Positions 55,901-64,000 of a DNA stretch of 64,000 bases are shown here, piece after piece. The number at the start of each line of letters is the position of its first letter. Position 1 is the first letter of the stretch. The position numbers were made by a program, and so were the translations under genes. The notes below the pieces were generated by a model. It did no database searches. It was not told the origin of the DNA and worked only from the letters and a program-made list of their open reading frames with translations. Origin of the DNA: Eledone cirrhosa. Lineage: Eukaryota. Where the stretch lies: NCBI GenBank assembly GCA_964016885.1, contig OZ024742.1, forward strand, positions 342,488,001-342,552,000, written 5' to 3'.

Positions 55901-58900
55901 GGTATGAAGAATGTGATCTCCAGTGGTATGAAGTATGTGATCTACAGTGGTATGAAGTATGTGATCTACAGTGGTATGAAGTATGTAATCTACAGTGGTA
56001 TGAAGTATGTGATCTCCAGTGGTATGAAGTATGTGATCTACAGTGGTATGAAGTATGTGATATCCTGTGGTATGAAGTATGTGATCTCCAGTGGTATGAA
56101 GTATGTGATCTCCTGTGGTATGAATAATGTGATCTACAGTGGTATGAAGTATGTGATCTCCAGTGCTATGAAGTATGTGATATCCTGTGGTATGAAGTAT
56201 ATGATCTCCATTGGTATTAGGTATGTGATCTCCAGTGGTATGAAGTATGTGATCTCCAGTGGTATGAAGTATGTGATCTCCAGTGGTATGAAGTATGTGA
56301 TCTACAGTGGTATGAAGTATGTGATCTACAGTGGTATGAAGTATGTGATCTCCAGTGGTATGAAGTATGAGATCTCCAGTGGTATGAAGTATGTGATCTC
56401 CTGTGGTATGAAGTATGTGATCTCCTGTGGTATGAAGTATGTGATCTACAGTGGTATGAAGTATGTGATCTCCAGTGGTATAAATATGTGATCTACAGTG
56501 GTATGAAGTATGTGATATCCTGTGGTATGAAGTATGTGATCTCCAGTGGTATGAAGTATGTGATCTCCTGTGGTATGAAGAATGTGATCTACAGTGGTAT
56601 GAAGTATGTGATCTCCAGTGCTATGAAGTATGTGATCTACAGTGGTATGAAGTATGTCAGCTCCAGTGGTATGAAGTATGTGATCTCCAGTGGTATGAAG
56701 TATGTGATCTACAGTGGTATGAAGTATGTGATCTCCAGTAGTATGAAGTATGTGATCTACAGTGGTATGAAGTATGTGATCTACAGTGGTATGAAGTATG
56801 TGATATCCTGTGGTATGAAGTATGTGATATCCTGTGGTATGAAGTATGTGATCTACAGAGGTATGAAGTATGTGATCGCCTGTGATATGAAGTATGTGAT
56901 CTACAGTGGTATGAAGTATGTGATCTACAGTGGTATGAAGTATGTGATCTCCAGGGGTATGAAGTATGTGATCTACAGTGGTATGAAATATGTGATCTCC
57001 AGTGGAATGAAGTATGTCAGCTCCAGTGGTATGAAGTATGTGATCTACAGTGGTATGAAGTATGTGATCTACAGTGGTATGATGTATGTGATATCCAGTG
57101 GTATGAAGTATGTGATCTCCATTGGTATGAAGTGTGTGATCTGCAGTGATATGAAGTATGTGATCTACAGTGGTATGAAGTATGTATTCTTCAGTGGTAT
57201 GAAGTATGTCATCTCCAGTGGTATGAAGTATGTGATCTACAGTGGTATGAAGTATGTGATCTACAGTGGTATGAAGTATGTGATCTACAGTGGTATGATG
57301 TATGTGATCTCCAGTGGTATGAAGTATGTGATCTCCATTGGTATGAAGTATGTGATCTCCATTGGTATGAAGTATGTGATCTCCAGTGGTATGAAGTATG
57401 TGATCTACAGTGGTATGAAGTATGTGATCTACAGTGGTATGATGTATGTGATCTCCAGTGGTATGAAGTATGTGATCTCCATTGGTATGAAGTATGTGAT
57501 CTCCAGTGGTATGAAGTATGTGATCTACAGTGGTATGAAGTATGTGATCTCCAGTGGTATGATGTATGTGATCTACAGTGGTATGAAGTATGTGATCTAC
57601 AGTGGTATGGAGTATGTGATCTCCAGTGGTATGAAAGTATGTGATCTCCAGTGGTATGAAGTATGTGATCTACAGTGGTATGAAGTATGTGATCTACAGT
57701 GATATGAAGTATGTGATCTACAGTGGTATGAATTATGTGATATCCTGTGGTATGAAGTATGAGATCTCCATTGGTATGAAGTATGTGATCTCCAGTGGTA
57801 TGAAGTATGTGATCTCCAGTGGTATGAAGTATGTGATCTCCAGTGGTATGAAGTATGTGATCTACAGTGGTATGAAGTATGTGATCTACAGTGGTATGAA
57901 GTATGTGATATCCTGTGGTATGAAGTATGTGATCTCCATTGGTATGAAGTATGTGATCTCCAGTGGTATGAAGTATGTGATCTCCAGTGGTATGAAGTAT
58001 GTGATCTCCAGTGGTATGAAGTATGTGATCTACAGTGGTATGAAGTATGTGATCTACAGTGGTATGAAGTATGTGATCTACAGTGGTATGAAGTATGTGA
58101 TCTACATTGGTATGAAGTATGTGATCTCCAGTGGTATGAAGTATGTGATCTACAGTGGTATGAAGTATTGATCTCCAGTGGTATGAAGTATGTGATCTAC
58201 AGTGGTATGAAGTATGTGATCTACAGTGGTATGAAGTATGTGATATCCTGTGGTATGAAGTATGTGATCTACAGTGGTATGAAGTATGTGATCTACAGTG
58301 GTATGAAGTATGTGATCTCCTGTGGTATGAAGTATGTGATCTACAGTGATATGAGGTATGTGAGCTACAGTGGTATGAAGTATGTGATCTCCCGTGATGT
58401 GAAGTATGTGATCTACAGTGGTATGAAGTATGTGATCTACAGTGGTATGAAGTATGTGATCTCCAGTGGTATGAAGTATGTGATCTACAGTGGTATGAAG
58501 TATGTGATCTACAGTGGTATGATGTATGTGATCTCCAGTGGTATGAAGTATGTGATCTCCATTGGTATGAAGTATGTGATCTCCAGTGGTATGAAGTATG
58601 TGATCTACAGTGGTATGAAGTATGTGATCTCCAGTGATATGAAGTATGTGATCTACAGTGGTATGAAGTATGTGATCTACAGTGGTATGAAGTATGTGAT
58701 CTCCAGTGGTATGAAGTATGTGATCTACAGTGGTATGAAGTATATGATCTCCATTGGTATTAAGTATGTGATCTCCAGTGGTATGAAGTATGTGATCTAC
58801 AGTGGTATGAAGTATGTGATCTCCAGTGGTATGAAGTATGTGATCTACAGTGGTATGAAGTATGTGATCTACAGTGGTATGAAGTATGTGATATCCTGTG

Positions 58901-59435
58901 GTATGAAGTATGTGATCTACAGTGGTATGAAGTATGTGATCTACAGTGGTATGAAGTATGTGATCTCCTGTGGTATGAAGTATGTGATCTCCAGTGGTAT
59001 GAAGTATGTGATCTACAGTGATATGAGGTATGTGATCTACAGTGGTATGAAGTATGTGATCTCCTGTGATATGAAGTATGTGATCTACAGTGGTATGAAG
59101 TATGTGATCTACAGTGGTATGAAGTATGTGATCTCCAGTGGTATGAAGTATGTGATCTACAGTGGTATGAAGTATGTGATCTACAGTGGTATGATGTATG
59201 TGATCTCCAGTGGTATGAAGTATGTGATCTCCATTGGTATGAAGTATGTGATCTCCAGTGGTATGAAGTATGTGATCTACAGTGGTATGAAGTATGTGAT
59301 CTCCAGTGGTATGAAGTATGTGATCTACAGTGGTATGAAGTATGTTATCTACAGTGGTGTGAAGTATGTGATCTACAGTGGTATGAAGTATGTGATCTAC
59401 AGTGGTATGAAGTATGTGATCTCCAGTGGTATGAA
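46960..59435 (+). repeat. 12,462-bp tandem segmental duplication, copy 2 (includes 14 bp of junction homology)
   Basis: Matches 34498-46973. The match ends at 59435, where this copy continues ATGAAAG and the equivalent position at 46969 reads ATGAAG. Confidence 0.95.
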
Positions 59436-59929
59436 AGTATGTGATCTCCAGTGGTATGAAGTATGTGATCTACAGTGGTATGAAGTATGTGATCTACAGT
59501 GATATGAAGTATGTGATCTACAGTGGTATGAATTATGTGATATCCTGTGGTATGATGTATGTGATCTACAGTGGTATGAAGTATGTGATCTACAGTGGTA
59601 TGAAGTATGTGATATCCTGTGGTATGAAGTATGTGATCTCCATTGGTATGAAGTATGTGATCTCCAGTGGTATGAAGTATGTGATCTCCAGTGGCATGAC
59701 GTATGTGATCTACAGTGGTATGAAGTATGTGATCTACAGTGGTATGAAGTATGTGATCTACAGTGGTATTAAGTATGTGATCTACAGTGGTATGAAGTAT
59801 GTGATATCCTGTGGTATGAAGTATATGATCTCCATTGGTATGAAGTATGTGATCTCCAGTGGTATGAAGTATGTGATCTCCAGTGGTATGAAGTATGTGA
59901 TCTCCAGTGGTATGAAGTATGTGATCTAC

Positions 59930-60990
59930 AGTGGTATGAAGTATGTGATCTACAGTGGTATGAAGTATGTGATATCCTGTGGTATGAAGTATGTGATCTC
60001 CATTGGTATGAAGTATGTGATCTCCAGTGGTATGAAGTATGTGATCTACAGTGGTATGAAGTATGTGATCTACAGTGGTATGAAGTATGTGATCTACAGT
60101 GGTATTAAGTATGTGATCTACAGTGGTATGAAGTATGTGATATCCTGTGGTATGAAGTATATGATCTCCATTGGTATGAAGTATGTGATCTCCAGTGGTA
60201 TGAAGTATGTGATCTCCTGTGGTATGAAGTATGTGATCTCCAGTGGTATGAAGTATGTGATCTACAGTGATATGAGGTATGTGATCTACAGTGGTATGAA
60301 GTATGTGATCTCCTGTGCTATGAAGTATGTGATCTACAGTGGTATGAAGTATGTGATCTCCTGTGGTATGAAGTATGTGATCTACAGTGGTATGAAGTAT
60401 GTGATCTACAGTGGTATGAAGTATGTGATCTACAGTGGTATGATGTATGTGATCTCCAGTGGTATGAAGTATGTGATCTACAGTGGTATGATGTATGTGA
60501 TCTCCAGTGGTATGAAGTATGTGATCTACAGTGGTATGATGTATGTGATCTCCAGTGGTATGAAGTATGTGATCTACAGTGGTATGAAGTATGTGATCTA
60601 CAGTGGTATGAAGTATGTGATATCCTGTGGTATGAAGTATGTGATCTCCATTGGTATGAAGTATGTGATCTCCAGTGGTATGAAGTATGTGATCTACAGT
60701 GGTATGAAGTATGTGATCTACAGTGGTATGAAGTATGTGATCTACAGTGGTATTAAGTATGTGATCTACAGTGGTATGAAGTATGTGATATCCTGTGGTA
60801 TGAAGTATATGATCTCCATTGGTATGAAGTATGTGATCTCCAGTGGTATGAAGTATGTGATCTCCTGTGGTATGAAGTATGTGATCTCCAGTGGTATGAA
60901 GTATGTGATCTACAGTGATATGAGGTATGTGATCTACAGTGGTATGAAGTATGTGATCTCCTGTGCTATGAAGTATGTGATCTACAGTGG
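59930..60990 (+). repeat. ~0.4-kb duplication at 648-bp (27-monomer) offset
   Basis: ATTAAG (~60104/60752), TATATG and TGTGCT (~60314/60962) recur 648 bp apart. Confidence 0.8.
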
Positions 60991-61029
60991 TATGAAGTAT
61001 GTGATCTACAGTGGTATGAAGTATGTGAT

Positions 61030-63520
61030 CTACAGTGGTATGAAGTATGTGATCTACAGTGGTATGAAGTATGTGATCTACAGTGGTATGATGTATGTGA
61101 TCTCCAGTGGTATGAAGTATGTGATCTCCATTGGTATGAAGTATGTGATCTCCAGTGGTATGAAGTGTGTGATCTACAGTGGTATGAAGTATGTGATCTC
61201 CAGTGGTATGAAGTATGTGATCTACAGTGGTATGAAGTATGTGATCTACAGTGGTATGAAGTATGTGATCTACAGTGGTATGAAGTATGTGATCTCCAGT
61301 GGTATGAAGTATGTGATCTACAGTGGTATGAAATATGTGATATCCTGTGGTATGAAGTATGTGATCTCCAGTGGTATGAAGTATGTGATCTCCTGTGGTA
61401 TGAATAATGTGATCTACAGTGGTATGAAGTATGTGATCTCCAGTGCTATGAAGTATGTGATATCCTGTGGTATGAAGTATATGATCTCCATTGGTATTAA
61501 GTATGTGATCTCCAGTGGTATGAAGTATGTGATCTCCAGTGGTATGAAGTATGTGATCTCCAGTGGTATGAAGTATGTGATCTACAGTGGTATGAAGTAT
61601 GTGATCTACAGTGGTATGAAGTATGTGATATCCTGTGGTATGAAGTATGTGATCTACAGTGGTATGAAGTATGTGATCTACAGTGGTATGAAGTATGTGA
61701 TCTCCTGTGGTATGAAGTATGTGATCTCCAGTGGTATGAAGTATGTGATCTACAGTGATATGAGGTATGTGATCTACAGTGGTATGAAGTATGTGATCTC
61801 CTGTGATATGAAGTATGTGATCTACAGTGGTATGAAGTATGTGATATACAGTGGTATGAAGTATGTGATCTCCAGTGGTATGAAGTATGTGACATCCTGT
61901 GGTATGAAGTATGTGATCTACAGTGGTATGATGTATGTGATCTCCAGTGGTATGAAGTATGTGATCTCCATTGGTATGAAGTATGTGATCTACAGTGGTA
62001 TGAAGTATGTGATCTCCATTGGTATGAAGTATGTGATCTCCAGTGGTATGAAGTATGTGATCTCCAGTGGTATGAAGTATGTGATCTACAGTGGTATGAA
62101 GTATGTGATCTACAGTGGTATGAAGTATGTGATCTACAGTGGTATGAAGTATGTGATCTACAGTGGTATGAAGTATGTGATATCCTGTGGTATGAAGTAT
62201 ATGATTCTCCATTGGTATGAAGTATGTGATCTCCAGTGGTATGAAGTATGTGATCTCCAGTGGTATGAAGTATGTGATCTCCAGTGGTATGAAGTATGTG
62301 ATCTACAGTGGTATGAAGTATGTGATCTACAGTGGTATGAAGTATGTGATATCCTGTGGTATGAAGTATGTGATCTACATTGGTATGATATATGTGATCT
62401 ACAGTGGTATGAAGTATGTGATCTCCTGTGGTATGAAGTATGTGATCTCCAGTGGTATGAAGTATGTGATCTACAGTGATATGAGGTATGTGATCTACAG
62501 TGGTATGAAGTATGTGATCTCCTGTGCTATGAAGTATGTGATCTACAGTGGTATGAAGTATGTGATCTACAGTGGTATGAAGTATGTGATCTACAGTGGT
62601 ATGATGTATGTGATCTCCAGTGGTATGAAGTATGTGATCTCCATTGGTATGAAGTATGTGATCTCCAGTGGTATGAAGTGTGTGATCTACAGTGGTATGA
62701 AGTATGTGATCTCCAGTGGTATGAAGTATGTGATCTACAGTGGTATGAAGTATGTGATCTACAGTGGTATGAAGTATGTGATCTACAGTGGTATGAAGTA
62801 TGTGATCTCCAGTGGTATGAAGTATGTGATCTACAGTGGTATGAAGTATGTGATATCCTGTGGTATGAAGTATGTGATCTCCAGTGGTATGAAGTATGTG
62901 ATCTCCTGTGGTATGAATAATGTGATCTACAGTGGTATGAAGTATGTGATCTCCAGTGCTATGAAGTATGTGATATCCTGTGGTATGAAGTATATGATCT
63001 CCATTGGTATTAAGTATGTGATCTCCAGGGGTATGAAGTATGTGATCTCCAGTGGTATGAAGTATGTGATCTCCAGTGGTATGAAGTATGTGATCTACAG
63101 TGGTATGAAGTATGTGATCTACAGTGGTATGAAGTATGTGATATCCTGTGGTATGAAGTATGTGATCTACAGTGGTATGAAGTATGTGATCTACAGTGGT
63201 ATGAAGTATGTGATCTCCTGTGGTATGAAGTATGTGATCTCCAGTGGTATGAAGTATGTGATCTACAGTGATATGAGGTATGTGATCTACAGTGGTATGA
63301 AGTATGTGATCTCCTGTGATATGAAGTATGTGATCTACAGTGGTATGAAGTATGTGATCTACAGTGGTATGAAGTATGTGATCTCCAGTGGTATGAAGTA
63401 TGTGACATCCTGTGGTATGAAGTATGTGATCTACAGTGGTATGATGTATGTGATCTCCAGTGGTATGAAGTATGTGATCTCCATTGGTATGAAGTATGTG
63501 ATCTACAGTGGTATGAAGTA
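61030..63520 (+). repeat. ~1-kb duplication at 1,513-bp offset (~61030-62010 and ~62540-63520)
   Basis: AAGTGTGTG (61165/62678), ATGAATAAT, ATTAAG and GTGACATCC (~61891/63404) are shared in order. ORF-track pairs 61165/62678 and 61497/63010 differ by 1,513. Confidence 0.87.
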
Positions 63521-64000
63521 TGTGATCTACAGTGGTATGAAGTATGTGATCTACAGTGGTATGAAGTATGTGATCTCCAGTGGTATGAAAGTATGTGATC
63601 TCCAGTGGTATGAAGTATGTGATCTACAGTGGTATGAAGTATGTGATCTACAGTGATATGAAGTATGTGATCTACAGTGGTATGAAGTATGTGATCTACA
63701 GTGGTATGAAGTATGTGATCTCCAGTGGTATGAAGTATGTGATCTACAGTGGTATGAAGTATGTGATCTACAGTGGTATGATGTATGTGATCTCCAGTGG
63801 TATGAAGTATGTGATCTCCATTGGTATGAAGTATGTGATCTCCAGTGGTATGAAGTATGTGATCTACAGTGGTATGAAGTATGTGATCTCCAGTGGTATG
63901 AAGTATGTGATCTACAGTGGTATGAAGTATGTGATCTACAGTGGTGTGAAGTATGTGATCTACAGTGGTATGAAGTATGTGATCTACAGTGGTATGAAGT

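Larger units (their letters stand above)
1..64000. repeat. 24-bp tandem satellite/minisatellite array, consensus ATGAAGTATGTGATCT(A/C)CAGTGGT, ~2,666 copies, truncated by both window edges
   Basis: Seen directly: every line consists of this unit in a single orientation. Phase check: (63994-12-22 net indel bases)/24 = 2665 exactly. The two dominant monomers differ at unit position 17 (TACAGT vs TCCAGT). Consensus GC is 37.5-42%; the + strand has 7 G and only 2-3 C per unit, and the consensus contains no CpG. Confidence 0.99.

Noticed and set aside
7693-63408. Minus-strand His-rich ORFs (HILHTTVD / SHTSYHCR repeats) resembling metal-binding proteins
   Set aside because: These are reverse translations of the same unit. 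Their starts are chance point variants such as AAGCAT, and they end at indels.
12-63656. Giant + strand ORFs of MKYVI(Y/S)SG repeats, up to 2,108 aa
   Set aside because: They follow automatically from a stop-free 24-bp unit. There are no unique termini or domains, the main polymorphism is non-synonymous in this frame, and stops (1420, 6771, 22852, 36434, 37163) and frameshifts have been duplicated freely.
1-64000. CRISPR array (24 bp is within the CRISPR repeat length range)
   Set aside because: Units abut directly with no unique spacers, and there is no leader or cas gene. The variable positions are only 1-3 substitutions.
1-64000. Telomerase-synthesised long-unit telomere (budding yeasts such as Candida albicans and Kluyveromyces lactis use 23-25-bp G-rich units)
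   Set aside because: The unit does not match telomeric repeats I know, the length far exceeds typical yeast telomeres, and kb-scale inherited variant order indicates recombinational copying rather than synthesis from one RNA template. A subtelomeric or recombination-maintained terminal location cannot be excluded from this window.
1-64000. Sequencing, rolling-circle or synthetic concatemer artefact
   Set aside because: Variants are not random errors. They recur in ordered, nested blocks at many different offsets, which a single circular template or oligo concatemer would not produce. Local mis-assembly remains possible.
1-64000. Embedded transposon, inversion, RNA gene or unique island
   Set aside because: I read through the window and found none. 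The largest departures from the unit are 1-2-bp indels.

Overview
The whole 64 kb window is one uninterrupted head-to-tail tandem array of a 24-bp monomer, consensus ATGAAGTATGTGATCT(A/C)CAGTGGT, and it runs off both ends. From the first ATG-phased unit at 12 to the last at 63994, and allowing for the small indels I counted by eye (net +22 bp), there are 2,665 complete monomers. I see no unique sequence, inversion, transposon, RNA gene, CRISPR spacer or credible protein-coding gene. The very long ORFs in the track (MKYVIYSG, WYEVCDLQ, HILHTTVD, SHTSYHCR repeats) arise because a 24-bp unit has no stop codon in four of six frames. The informative signal is the order of variant monomers. A small alphabet of monomer types is arranged in recurring cassettes and nested duplications at offsets of 145 bp, 360 bp, 648 bp, ~1.2 kb, 1,467 bp, 1,513 bp, 2,640 bp, 3,290 bp, ~5.3 kb and 8,858 bp, plus a near-perfect 12,462-bp tandem duplication. 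This is most consistent with a eukaryotic satellite or very large minisatellite with irregular higher-order structure. I do not recognise the family or organism, and the sequence alone does not support a novel gene system. All counts and coordinates were made by eye.
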